A stretch of 64,000 bases of DNA from Promethearchaeota archaeon (lineage in GTDB: Archaea > Asgardarchaeota > Lokiarchaeia > Sigyniarchaeales > SOKP01): assembly GCA_029838195.1 (NCBI GenBank), contig JALGVJ010000004.1, positions 96,001-160,000 on the forward strand. The letters are read 5' to 3'. This document shows positions 20,221 to 29,866 of this stretch, one piece after another. Position 1 is the stretch's first letter. Each line of letters opens with the position of its first letter. Below the pieces are notes generated by a model. The model did no database searches and was not told where the DNA came from. It saw only the letters and a list, made by a program, of their open reading frames with translations. Both the position numbers and the translations under genes were made by a program.

Positions 20221-20648
20221 AATAGAGAAGAGGATAAATTTTCAGCATTTATAGCAGTCTTTTAGCATTATTTTGTAAAAAAATCTCAACTATGCGTTAA
20301 TTTTAAAATTTTCATTTTAGGATATTTTATTATACCCTTTCTATTCATACTAATTCATTATGATCGTGAAACTTCTGTTTCTCGAAAAAACAAGTTTATC
20401 GGTATATTATAATCATTTATATTTAAGTAATTCTTTTACCATTATTTTTCATGATATCCTTCATGATAATTTTAAAATATTATTTCTCTTTTCTTCTACT
20501 AGAATTTTTGCCATTAATTTTTCTCAGAGAAATTGTTTATAGACTTGATGTTCTTTTCTTAAATCAATGCTTTCATTATCTAGCATTTTAGATTCTTGCG
20601 TGAAATGGATCAAGTTCCTATCCCCCAAATAAAAACCTTGCTATTTGG

Positions 20649-20670
20649 CATGATTAATTGATTAATCATG
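20649..20670. repeat. Perfect inverted repeat, 10-bp arms (CATGATTAAT-tg-ATTAATCATG)
   Basis: Read directly; about 240 bp upstream of the histone gene. Confidence 0.7.
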
Positions 20671-20811
20671 GGACATGGGATTCACTATTAAAAAAAAATA
20701 TATTTTCTAATAAATAGGTTTTTTGTCGAATAGAATTGAGTAAAATTTTTCATCCGGTACCCGCTATCAACCATCACATTTAAATAGGAAAAAAACCAAT
20801 ATTTAACTAAG

Positions 20812-20848
20812 TACCTTAAATTTATAGGACATTTCAAAATTTAAGGTA
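20812..20848. promoter_or_regulatory. Inverted repeat, 12-bp arms (TACCTTAAATTT-13 nt-AAATTTAAGGTA), overlapping TATA-like TTTATA; candidate operator
   Basis: Repeat read directly 60 bp upstream of the histone start; function inferred. Confidence 0.5.
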
Positions 20849-20908
20849 TCGCATAAATAAGCAATTAGAATAAAAATATTAAATAAAAAAGTGGAGGAAT
20901 AAAAAATC

Positions 20909-21115
20909 ATGCCAGCTTTTGCATGGTCGCCCCTACGTGCTTTAATGAAAAAAGCAGGGGCAGAAATCGTAAGTCGTGCTGCTGTAGACAAATTAATGGA
21001 TTACTTAGAAGAATATGCTAAAGAATTAACCGCATGTGCTCTTGACATTGCCAAGCATTCCGGAAGAAAGAAAATTACAGCGGATGACATGAAATTAGCC
21101 ATTAAAATGGTCTAA
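20909..21115 (+). CDS. Archaeal histone (HMf-like, tailless)
   Basis: PLRALMKKAGAEIVS...LEEYAKEL...AKHSGRKKITADDMKLA histone fold; GGAGG SD upstream. Confidence 0.95.
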   Translation: MPAFAWSPLRALMKKAGAEIVSRAAVDKLMDYLEEYAKELTACALDIAKHSGRKKITADDMKLAIKMV

Positions 21116-21154
21116 ATTTAAAAACAATTAATTAGCACGACCAAATACTTAAAA

Positions 21155-21182
21155 TTTTATTTTATTTTTTTTTTTTTTTCTT
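21155..21182 (+). terminator. Oligo-T tract, probable archaeal terminator of the histone gene
   Basis: Long T-rich run 40 nt after the stop codon. Confidence 0.6.
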
Positions 21183-21229
21183 GATATAATCCATCTTATA
21201 ATTAAAGGAAAAAATTTTAGTGATTAGAA

Positions 21230-21245
21230 GCGAACTATAGTTCGC
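21230..21245. repeat. Perfect 16-bp palindrome GCGAACTATAGTTCGC
   Basis: Self-reverse-complementary and relatively GC-rich in an AT-rich intergenic region. Confidence 0.75.
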
Positions 21246-21447
21246 AAGGAATTTTTTTTATTTTAATATTTTTCAAATTTATCTATTTTCTTGTTGTCAA
21301 TCTGATTAAATACCATTAGATTTTAGAGGGGGTTATAAATCTTACCTTGTATTCATGAAAGATTGTTATTTACATTTTAGTATGAAAAAGTGTAAAAAGT
21401 AAGGGAGAAATCAAAAACGATAAAATGAAAGAAGAATTTTAAAAAAT

Positions 21448-23433
21448 ATGGATGGAGACCCTCAGAGAAGGCCTTTTACCAAATTATATTCGATCCCTTT
21501 CCATGAAGTAGAGATCACGGATGAGTTTTGGTCGAAGAAGCAAGAGATTAATGCAACAATTTCCCTGTATAAAATGTATGGAGAACTTGAGAAACACCAT
21601 CACGTGGATAATTTTAGAGTGGCGGCGGGTGTAAAGAAAGGGATTCAAATGGGAGATTTTTATTACGATTCGGATCTTTATAAGTGGTTAGAAGGGGCTT
21701 GTTATTTTTTAAAATTAAAAAAAAATTATGATTTAGAGCGAATAATTAGAGAAATTGTCGAGCTAATTAAGAAAGCACAATTAAAAGATGGATATATAAA
21801 TACGTTTTTTTCAACTAAATTTATTGAGAAGAGATTTACTAATTTTATGGTTTTTCATGAATTATACTGTGCGGGTCATCTTTTTGAAGCTGCCGTGGCA
21901 CATCATGAGACTTTTAAAAATTCAGAATTATTAGAAGTAGCTAAGCGATTTGCAAATCTATTGGTAAATTTGTTTTTAGAAGGTCAGATAGTGGATACCG
22001 CCGGACATCCTGAAATAGAATTAGCATTAATGAGATTAAATGAGATTACCGGAATAAAAGAATATGTGGAACTAACACGGAATTTAATTGAATTAAGGGG
22101 AAATTTACCGAGGTATAAGACGTATGTTTTAAGAAATTTAATCCACTTGATAAGAACATTAAATGCAGCGGAAAAAATCAAGAAAGAATACATGAAAGAA
22201 GCAGGCATTTTAGAATTACCGAAAGAGGAAGTTTCGGAATTTATTGCCGGTTTAAATATGTCTGATGGAGTACAATTTTTATTAGAAAATTTAAATGGTA
22301 AGTATTATCAATTAGATAAACCAATAAGAGAGGTTTGGGAGCCAGTAGGACATTGCGTTCGAGCTTTATATCTTTATTGCGGTGTGTTAGATTTATATTG
22401 CCTGATAGGAGATGAATCATTATTAACAGCCATGGAAAGAACGTGGTTAAAGATGGTGAAGGCTCGAATGTACGTAACCGGGGGTGTAGGGAATACGAGA
22501 GGTACAGAAGGATTCTTAAATGATTTTAATTTAAAAAATGAGGATTCATATTCAGAAACTTGTGCTACCATTGCTAATTTCTTCTGGAATTGGCGTTTAT
22601 TAAATGTAACGGGAAAAAGCAAGCACGCAGATTTAATGGAGAAGCTCATGTATAATGCTATATTAGTAGGGCAATCCTTAGATGGAAAAAAATATTTTTA
22701 TTCTAATCCGATGCTTTCAAAGGGAAAGGATGAGCGCAAGGAATGGTTCAAGTGTGCTTGTTGTCCAACAAATTTCATACGATTCATTCCAACTATTGGT
22801 CAATATATTTATGGTTTTAATGAAAGGGGTATATGGGTCCATCAATATATTAGCAGTAAAACTACCTTGAAACTTCCATCGGGGCAAGAAATTTCTCTAA
22901 CTCAAAAAAGTGGGTTTCCATGGAAAGGAAATGTGGAGCTCCAATTAGAATCGGATAAAGATGGAAGATATTCTCTTTTTCTACGTATTCCAGAATGGGC
23001 TCAATCCACGAAACTTAGTTTAAATGATGAGCCTTATCAAGGAAATGTTCAATCAGGCAGGTATCTTCAAATTATAAAAAGTTGGAACAAGGAAGAGAAG
23101 ATTAACTTGAATTTTAAGATGGCCCCTTATCTTATTAAAAGTGATCCTCGAATAAAATCAAATAGAAATAAAATAGTAATAGCATGTGGACCATTAATTT
23201 ATTGCATGGAACAAGTTGATAATAAAGATTTTGACATCTTTCAATGTAAGATTTCAAAGCAACCGAATTTAGTTGTAAAAAAGAAACCCGACCTTTTAGA
23301 AGGGATACATGTAATTCAAGGTGAAACATCGAAGGGTAAAATTTTTACGGCAATTCCTTATTATGCCTGGTGCAATCGTGGTCCGACGGCCATGCAAGTG
23401 TGGTTACCAATCGAGACAATTGAACGAGAGTGA
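21448..23433 (+). CDS. Glycoside hydrolase family 127 (beta-L-arabinofuranosidase-like)
   Basis: DSDLYKWLEG, HELYCAGHLFEAAVAH, GHPEIELAL, GHCVRALY, YSETCA, WFKCACCPTN, IPYYAWCNRG. Confidence 0.93.
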   Translation: MDGDPQRRPFTKLYSIPFHEVEITDEFWSKKQEINATISLYKMYGELEKHHHVDNFRVAAGVKKGIQMGDFYYDSDLYKWLEGACYFLKLKKNYDLERIIREIVELIKKAQLKDGYINTFFSTKFIEKRFTNFMVFHELYCAGHLFEAAVAHHETFKNSELLEVAKRFANLLVNLFLEGQIVDTAGHPEIELALMRLNEITGIKEYVELTRNLIELRGNLPRYKTYVLRNLIHLIRTLNAAEKIKKEYMKEAGILELPKEEVSEFIAGLNMSDGVQFLLENLNGKYYQLDKPIREVWEPVGHCVRALYLYCGVLDLYCLIGDESLLTAMERTWLKMVKARMYVTGGVGNTRGTEGFLNDFNLKNEDSYSETCATIANFFWNWRLLNVTGKSKHADLMEKLMYNAILVGQSLDGKKYFYSNPMLSKGKDERKEWFKCACCPTNFIRFIPTIGQYIYGFNERGIWVHQYISSKTTLKLPSGQEISLTQKSGFPWKGNVELQLESDKDGRYSLFLRIPEWAQSTKLSLNDEPYQGNVQSGRYLQIIKSWNKEEKINLNFKMAPYLIKSDPRIKSNRNKIVIACGPLIYCMEQVDNKDFDIFQCKISKQPNLVVKKKPDLLEGIHVIQGETSKGKIFTAIPYYAWCNRGPTAMQVWLPIETIERE

Positions 23434-23505
23434 GAATATTTAATATTCAATAATAAGAAAAAAGGTTTTTTTAGCATTTTTCGATTATTTCTTTTAAAAT
23501 TTATA

Positions 23506-24786
23506 TTACTGAGAAGAAGTTCTCTTTTTAATGAATTCTTTGAATCTACACATCCTATCTAAGGCCTTGGCTGTTAAATCAATGGATTCAAAAATGGGAA
23601 TTCCATGCTTGAAGAGTTCTTGCTTGAATTTTAATTTCTCTTTGTAATCATCCACGTTATCTATCACTTTATTCGTTAATCCACTCCCTCCTAAATCTAA
23701 AGGATTGCGAATGATCGTGTTGACCGAAGGTAAGAACTTGTTAAATTCACGCGCCGTTTCCGTTGTCAATTTTGGTACTTTTAAATTGTAAAATTCCATT
23801 TGCTCGGTTAATTCAATGGAAGAGCCTCCTCCTACTGCCACAATTCCCAAATTGCGATCAACTAATTCTATATCCAAATAATTAAAAGCCATTGCTAAGG
23901 TGACTAATTCAAAAGAATCTTGTACTAAATTTGCCCCCGTTTGACTCGCTATCGCCTTCCAAATCCTTGTAGAACCCGCCATCCCTCCTGTATGTGAAAA
24001 AATAGCTTCTCTCGCAGATTCTCCGCTTCCAACCTTCCAAAGAATTACGGGTTTTTTATTCAAAGATAATTCTTTTACAACATGTAGAAATTCTCTCCCG
24101 GTTTTTTGACTCTTAATGTTTTCCAAGTAAATTCCAATGACTTTAGTTTCTTGATCCTTCAAGAAATATTTTAAAAAATCCACGACATTTAAATCAATTT
24201 GATTTCCGATAGAAATTAGCTTGCTCACGTTCGTTCCGTAGGTATATGTCGCCATGTTAGAAATGTTTATAGAGAGTCCACCCGATTGACTGATTACTCC
24301 AAAATTACCGGACTCCGTGGTATGCCATCGACTCACGGCTAACTTTGATTTTGGATTATAAATTCCAAGACAATTGGGGCCAATTATCCTCATATTGTAT
24401 TTTCGAGCAATTTCCAGTAATTTTTTTTCCAAATCCTTGTTCCCTATTTCAGAAAAGCCCGAGGAAAAAATAGTTACAAAAGGAACACCTTTTTTACCCA
24501 CTTCTTCTAATAATTGCGGACATATGGGAGCAGGTACCGCCATGATCACGTAATCGATGGGTTCATTTTCAGGAATTTCTAAAATGGAGCCGTGGACCTG
24601 CAACCCTTCTAAAATTTGTCCTTTCAAGCGCGGATTAAATAAATAGAGGGGTCTATCAAAGCCAATGGACTTTAAACATCGTAAAAAATATCCTCCTCCA
24701 TATGGTTTATTATTTGCTCCAATTATCGCAACAGCTCTTGGATTAAATAATCGTTCAAAATCAATTTGTTCAAAATCAGCTGGCAT
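23506..24786 (-). CDS. Acyl-CoA synthetase (NDP-forming) alpha-type subunit, third paralog, apparent in-frame internal deletion
   Basis: IGPNCLGIY, SQSGG, SIGNQID, SHTG, NPLD; segment after NPLD about 50 aa shorter than in the paralogs. Confidence 0.85.
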   Translation of the reverse strand: MPADFEQIDFERLFNPRAVAIIGANNKPYGGGYFLRCLKSIGFDRPLYLFNPRLKGQILEGLQVHGSILEIPENEPIDYVIMAVPAPICPQLLEEVGKKGVPFVTIFSSGFSEIGNKDLEKKLLEIARKYNMRIIGPNCLGIYNPKSKLAVSRWHTTESGNFGVISQSGGLSINISNMATYTYGTNVSKLISIGNQIDLNVVDFLKYFLKDQETKVIGIYLENIKSQKTGREFLHVVKELSLNKKPVILWKVGSGESAREAIFSHTGGMAGSTRIWKAIASQTGANLVQDSFELVTLAMAFNYLDIELVDRNLGIVAVGGGSSIELTEQMEFYNLKVPKLTTETAREFNKFLPSVNTIIRNPLDLGGSGLTNKVIDNVDDYKEKLKFKQELFKHGIPIFESIDLTAKALDRMCRFKEFIKKRTSSQ

Positions 24787-24885
24787 GATGAGAAAAATGA
24801 AGTTATAAGTAATTATGGAAGATAATTATTAATGTAATAATAATTTAATTCTAAGGAACTGCGAAAATACGCGCAGATATTATTG

Positions 24886-25416
24886 CTATTTTAAGACATA
24901 TTTCGCAAATAAGCATTGAGTCATTATATTAAAAGCTTTCTCAACATTCTCTCCAGTTTTTGAGCTTAATTCAATGTAATGCTTCAAATTATATTTTAAT
25001 GCCGTTAATTCCCCTTCTTTTTGTGAGACTGCTCGAAATTCATCTAAATCAAGCTTTGATCCAATTAAAATAATGGGAATATCTCCAGCGACTTCTCGGA
25101 CTATACTTGTCCAATCCGGGAGATGGGAAATTGTGAGGGCATTAGTAATATCAAAGAGGAAAAAAGCACCATTTGCGCCCTTGCAATATTGAGATAATAA
25201 ATATCTGAATCGAATTTCTCCACCAAAATCCCAGATTTGGAGTTTTACTTTTTTACCATTAAATTCCGTTATTTTGGAATAAAAATCCACGCCAATAGTG
25301 AGTCTAAGATCTTCAAGGAAATATCCTGAAACATATCTTACAGTGAGCGAGGTTTTTCCTACAGAGGCATCGCCCAACATTAATATTTTAAAAGTATAAT
25401 CGTACTCTGGAGTCAT
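24886..25416 (-). CDS. Rab-like small GTPase (Ras superfamily)
   Basis: YDYTFKILMLGDASVGKT, TIGVDF, KLQIWDFGGE, GSKLD, ELSSKTGENVEKAF; start taken at ATG 25416. Confidence 0.93.
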   Translation of the reverse strand: MTPEYDYTFKILMLGDASVGKTSLTVRYVSGYFLEDLRLTIGVDFYSKITEFNGKKVKLQIWDFGGEIRFRYLLSQYCKGANGAFFLFDITNALTISHLPDWTSIVREVAGDIPIILIGSKLDLDEFRAVSQKEGELTALKYNLKHYIELSSKTGENVEKAFNIMTQCLFAKYVLK

Positions 25417-25709
25417 GAATGGATTTAAATTGGAATTTGGTTTTAGAATTTGTATTTTATTAACGTTCAAATAGATATCCTAGTAAAGAAAAACAAGTCA
25501 TGTTAATTTAAAATTAATTGAAGATATATTTAATATTAATTATATTTTTAGAAATTCTCTAAGAATATTATTTTGTTTATTATAATAACCTAAAAAACTT
25601 ATTAATATTTTTACCCTTAGAAGGATAGAGTTTTCTTTTAAGGAATAAAAAATCAAAAAATCAAGGATCTCTTGGTTTTTAATTTTTAAGATTTTTATTA
25701 GGAATCAAG

Positions 25710-26969
25710 ATGACCCTTGACAGCAAAAAAATTGAGGCAATTGAAAATTTAGAAACTGAACAAATTCCTTTTGGCTTAACCAAAGAACAGATATTTTCTA
25801 ATAATTTAAAATTAATTGCTAATAAATTAATTAATCTTGAGCATCATAAAATACAATTTTCTGAATTATTATTAAAAAATTTAGATAAATTAGATTTTTC
25901 AGATTTCGTGGATGATCCTTATTTTCTTATCAAGGAAAAAAGAATCAAAACGCGCGTGGAAGCTTCCAACATTTATGGATTGAATTATGCCTGCGTGGAT
26001 GGAAGTTCAGTTCTGAAAAATTTTATGAATATCGATTTCTCTTTTTTGAAAGCTATCGTTGTCAAATATTATTTCAAGGATAATTTTAATGCCGACATCA
26101 GCTATTTTCCAGATTTAAATGGATTTAATAACTATGCCATCGAGGGCAATTATTTAAACACTGAAGAGCAAGTGATGGATGCTAAAGTCTCCTTGGATTT
26201 GAGATTCATGGAATTAAATCTACTCAATGAATTGCTTACCAGAGAATCAGATATAGATTTAATCATTATTGATGGTTCGATCTTAATTACTCCCATCAAT
26301 CTAATATTTTCTAAAAATTACGAAATTTCCCAGACATACGATAAATTATTACAAGAATACCAAAAATTATATTATAATTGTAAGGAAAATCGAGTTCTTT
26401 TAGTTGGGGTCATCAAGGATACTAAAACGAGTGCATTAACCAATGAACTTAGAGAAGCAATAAATTTATTGAAACCAAACACCATAAATCTCCAACATTT
26501 TCTTACTTCTAATTATCGCATACTCATGGATTATTTCACGGATCTTGATTTGTTTAATCGAGTATTAGAAAAAGGAGAGAGGAGTTGCGTTTTTAAAATA
26601 AAACGTGAAATCGATAAAATTAGGGATGATGGCATTAAAAAAGAGATTCCCTATTATTTTCCCTTAGATTTTCATGCTTTTTATCTCAAATCTGTTCGCC
26701 ATGATTTTCCCATTCGAATTGAATTTTTCTTGGAAAAAGGGAGCTCTCGAAATGATGTCATTTCTAAAGCAAATTTAATTGCTTCCTTGCTCCTTCCAAT
26801 ATCGAGCTGTAATGAAAATTATGCGCTTCCCATACCTCAGATTGAAGCTCATAAAAGAGCTACTTTTAAACCATCAGAAATTGATTTTCTTTTTAATAAC
26901 CTTGTTAGATCCTTACATAAACATGGTCTACAATTGGTGGAAAAAAGAAGAAACAGAAGACCTTTTTAA
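25710..26969 (+). CDS. nurA: NurA-family DNA double-strand break repair nuclease
   Basis: ACVDGS, IIIDGSI, LVGVIKDT, YALPIPQIEAH, C-terminal RRPF. Confidence 0.85.
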   Translation: MTLDSKKIEAIENLETEQIPFGLTKEQIFSNNLKLIANKLINLEHHKIQFSELLLKNLDKLDFSDFVDDPYFLIKEKRIKTRVEASNIYGLNYACVDGSSVLKNFMNIDFSFLKAIVVKYYFKDNFNADISYFPDLNGFNNYAIEGNYLNTEEQVMDAKVSLDLRFMELNLLNELLTRESDIDLIIIDGSILITPINLIFSKNYEISQTYDKLLQEYQKLYYNCKENRVLLVGVIKDTKTSALTNELREAINLLKPNTINLQHFLTSNYRILMDYFTDLDLFNRVLEKGERSCVFKIKREIDKIRDDGIKKEIPYYFPLDFHAFYLKSVRHDFPIRIEFFLEKGSSRNDVISKANLIASLLLPISSCNENYALPIPQIEAHKRATFKPSEIDFLFNNLVRSLHKHGLQLVEKRRNRRPF

Positions 26970-27035
26970 CTGGATTAAAGAGAATTAATTTGAATAAAAA
27001 GCGAAGGTTCCATATTAACTACTACCTCTAACGTT

Positions 27036-27719
27036 TCATTTAATACTACATCGATTTAAAACGATATCCTCGAAAAATACATGTTTTTTAGTAACAATCT
27101 CGTTCTTGTATCCTTTTTCCTTCAAGATGGAATTTAATTTTGTCATGTCTGTGGCACCAGAACTAACGAAATAAATATAACATTCATGAGAAAGGTTTAA
27201 AAAAGAAGTTACTTCCTCAAAGAACCTTTTAAGAATTTCAATTCCCCCAATCCCCCCATTCCAACTTGCATCGATTTTAGCGTGGTTCTCATCCTTTTCA
27301 ATAATTAATTCTAAGGGAGGGAGATAAGGTGGATTAAAAATAATTACATCAAATAACCCTTGAAATTGAGTGGGAAAAGATTTAAAAAGATCCGATTGAA
27401 TGAATTGAATCTTATCTTTGATATGATTTATTTGCTTATTCTTTCTTAGGCTTTCTTCACTCTCTTCTAAAATATCCGACGCAACGATTCTTACTGAGGC
27501 GAAATTAGGATTAATTCTCTTAACCAAGCATAAAAATATAGCTATAATTCCGGTTCCTGTTCCAAGATCCAAAATATTTTTTACTTGATTAATGTTTAAT
27601 TCATCAAATTGATTAAGAGTAATGTTCTCTTTCAAGTAATCAATTAATAGATAAGTATCATCCGAGGGGGTATAAAGCACTTCGCTCGAGAATTCTATTT
27701 TTGGATCGGGATATTTCAT
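27036..27719 (-). CDS. HemK2/MTQ2-family methyltransferase (release-factor glutamine MTase)
   Basis: YTPSDDTYLL, LDLGTGTG, FNPPYLP, WNGG; conserved position next to ksgA. Confidence 0.9.
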   Translation of the reverse strand: MKYPDPKIEFSSEVLYTPSDDTYLLIDYLKENITLNQFDELNINQVKNILDLGTGTGIIAIFLCLVKRINPNFASVRIVASDILEESEESLRKNKQINHIKDKIQFIQSDLFKSFPTQFQGLFDVIIFNPPYLPPLELIIEKDENHAKIDASWNGGIGGIEILKRFFEEVTSFLNLSHECYIYFVSSGATDMTKLNSILKEKGYKNEIVTKKHVFFEDIVLNRCSIK

Positions 27720-27737
27720 TAGGAATAGGCTCCAAGT

Positions 27738-28586
27738 TTATTCATTCATTAAAGAATAAAAGATTTCGCTTAATTGGATGAGCTGATCTAGAGAGAGATT
27801 AAATACTTTACAATTTTTAAAGCCATATTGAGTTAATAGAATTAAAATGGTATCTTTTTCGAGAGTAAATTTAAAATGATGTTTTAAACCTAAATGAATG
27901 GCATTTATCAAACTTTTGTTTTTGTAAGGGAATAGAGCAGCGATAAAATCTAAATAAAATTTTCGCGTGTTCTTTTTTAATAAAAAAGACGGAATGCCGC
28001 GTTTAGGAACAGTTTTAATGATAGATAACTGAATAGAAGGAATAGGGAAAAACGCATGCCGAGGGATATCAATTTTTTTTTCTACTCGCATGAATGTACC
28101 ATGAATAATTCCAAGTCGAGAAATTTTTTTATATTCACCATGCAAAATTAATTTATCTGCAAGAGTGCGTTCAATAGTAATAACTCCAATGGGAGAGTCT
28201 TCATAATAAAATAATTTTTCTAAGAGTGGACCTGTTATGGAGTAAGGAATATTAGAAACAACTTTATCGTGTGGAGGTAATTTTGTGGTAAGAATATCGC
28301 CATTAATGAGTGTAAGATTGTCAAAATTAGAAAATTTGTTAGAAAGGTAATTATATAAAACCGGATCAATTTCAATTGCAATTACTTTTTTAGCAAGGGT
28401 TAATAATGGTTTTGTTAATGCCCCTAATCCAGCTCCAACTTCAAGGACGATATCCTGAGGAGAAATATCTGCTAACGTCACGATTTCATGACAAACTTTT
28501 TCGTTTATTAAAAAATTTTGCCCGTATTTTTTCTTAGGGGTAAATTGAAGATTATTCAGTAAGGATAAGACTTGATTTTTATTCAT
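27738..28586 (-). CDS. rsmA: 16S rRNA m6,2A dimethyltransferase KsgA/Dim1
   Basis: KKYGQNFL, VLEVGAGLGALT, AIEID, VSNIPYSIT, FFPIP. Confidence 0.95.
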   Translation of the reverse strand: MNKNQVLSLLNNLQFTPKKKYGQNFLINEKVCHEIVTLADISPQDIVLEVGAGLGALTKPLLTLAKKVIAIEIDPVLYNYLSNKFSNFDNLTLINGDILTTKLPPHDKVVSNIPYSITGPLLEKLFYYEDSPIGVITIERTLADKLILHGEYKKISRLGIIHGTFMRVEKKIDIPRHAFFPIPSIQLSIIKTVPKRGIPSFLLKKNTRKFYLDFIAALFPYKNKSLINAIHLGLKHHFKFTLEKDTILILLTQYGFKNCKVFNLSLDQLIQLSEIFYSLMNE

Positions 28587-28608
28587 GATGTATTATTAAC
28601 ATGAAAAA

Positions 28609-29274
28609 TTATTCATATCGTTGGGTTTTACTAAAAATGTAATATTTTGCATCTCTTTGAAGTTCCTTAATAATTCGTTGAGCGATCAATTTCGCAGGGT
28701 TCGAAATACTTGTTCGATCAATGATATCTTGAAAAGTAGTAAATTTTTGACGATCACGAGCCTCTAAAATCTCCCACATGTGTTTTTGTCCAATGCCAGG
28801 TAGCAATTTTAGAGCATGCATGCGCGGGGTAATTGAACTTGAATTGTTAAAAAAATTAATGAACATCTCTTCATAATTAACTACTTCTCGTTCTAAAATA
28901 GGTTCTAAAAGAGCTTTCGAAGTAGTGGTTAAATCATCGTAGTCAATTTTTCTTAAAACATCTTTTAGTTGGCCTCTTGCGATGAAATTTTCATAGATGT
29001 CTTTATCCTGAATGTTTAGATTTGTCTCTCTCTCGCTTAATCTTACCTCATACAGAACAAAGTCAGGAAAAGTAAGAACTTGTGCGAGGGGTTGCTTGGT
29101 CCAACTCGGTCGCTCATCATCTGGATGCCCATAAGGTAATATGTCTAAGATAATCAACTCTCGAGACTTTTTTATGAACTGTTTTTTTTTTCCTTTGAGA
29201 TCTCTGTCTCGAGATTGCCGCCTGTAGGGAGGCCTCCTTTGAGTTCTCCGATAATTCCTTTCCATACCTACCAA
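28609..29274 (-). CDS. DUF655 putative RNA-binding protein
   Basis: ILDILPYGH, IDYDDLT, FINFFN, TPRMHALKLLPGIG; conserved rpoF-DUF655-ksgA order. Confidence 0.9.
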   Translation of the reverse strand: MVGMERNYRRTQRRPPYRRQSRDRDLKGKKKQFIKKSRELIILDILPYGHPDDERPSWTKQPLAQVLTFPDFVLYEVRLSERETNLNIQDKDIYENFIARGQLKDVLRKIDYDDLTTTSKALLEPILEREVVNYEEMFINFFNNSSSITPRMHALKLLPGIGQKHMWEILEARDRQKFTTFQDIIDRTSISNPAKLIAQRIIKELQRDAKYYIFSKTQRYE

Positions 29275-29467
29275 TTTTTTTATTTAATGATTTTATAATA
29301 TTCATAATATTTGTTATTCAGCGTTCAAGAACATTATAAAAAAGTGACTTCAATTGTTGGACCGTCTATAAAGATTAAAATGATTCAAGTATATAAACTC
29401 TTTTATTTTTATAAGAAAGCCCATGTTTATTTTTAATAAGAGAAAAGTAGCGTTCTTTAGAAATTTT

Positions 29468-29830
29468 TCAAGATTTTAATTCTTCAATTTCGTATAAAAT
29501 TTGTCGCAATTGTTCCTCATCAAATGTTTTTCCATGAAAGGATTTTTCAAGAATGACGCGTAATTCCAGAGTAGTTTTTGGGTCTATATTCACGATATTT
29601 ATCGCAAATTCTTCCTCTATGTCATAAGTTTCCATGAGATGTTTAATAATTTTTTTCGCCGTTTTATCATCCATTTTCGCAAACTTCTGAACGTAGTTAT
29701 AAGTAATTTCTTGAAAATGAGAAAGTCCCTCTTCACTATCAATTTCCATAATTTTTTCATTCAAATCTTCCATAATCTTTTTAACTTCAGGGATAGAAAC
29801 CGTCCTCTCATCAATTTTTCTGCCAAACAT
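29468..29830 (-). CDS. rpoF: RNA polymerase subunit F (Rpo4)
   Basis: VSIPEVKKI, TYNYVQKFAK, AINIVNIDPKTTLELRVIL; after L21e. Confidence 0.9.
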   Translation of the reverse strand: MFGRKIDERTVSIPEVKKIMEDLNEKIMEIDSEEGLSHFQEITYNYVQKFAKMDDKTAKKIIKHLMETYDIEEEFAINIVNIDPKTTLELRVILEKSFHGKTFDEEQLRQILYEIEELKS

Positions 29831-29866
29831 TTTTATCTTTCAAGTTTTCTTTTAATTTCATGATTT

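Noticed and set aside
20360-20542. 60-aa ORF between the pseudogene and the histone
   Set aside because: Very AT-rich, F/L/I/N-biased, no motif or SD; probably spurious
24886-24920. Prenylation signal on the Rab-like GTPase (QCLFAKYVLK), tempting given the CPBP homolog
   Set aside because: The Cys is 9 residues from the end, inside the last helix, so it is not CAAX/CC/CxC; the CPBP protein also lacks catalytic residues
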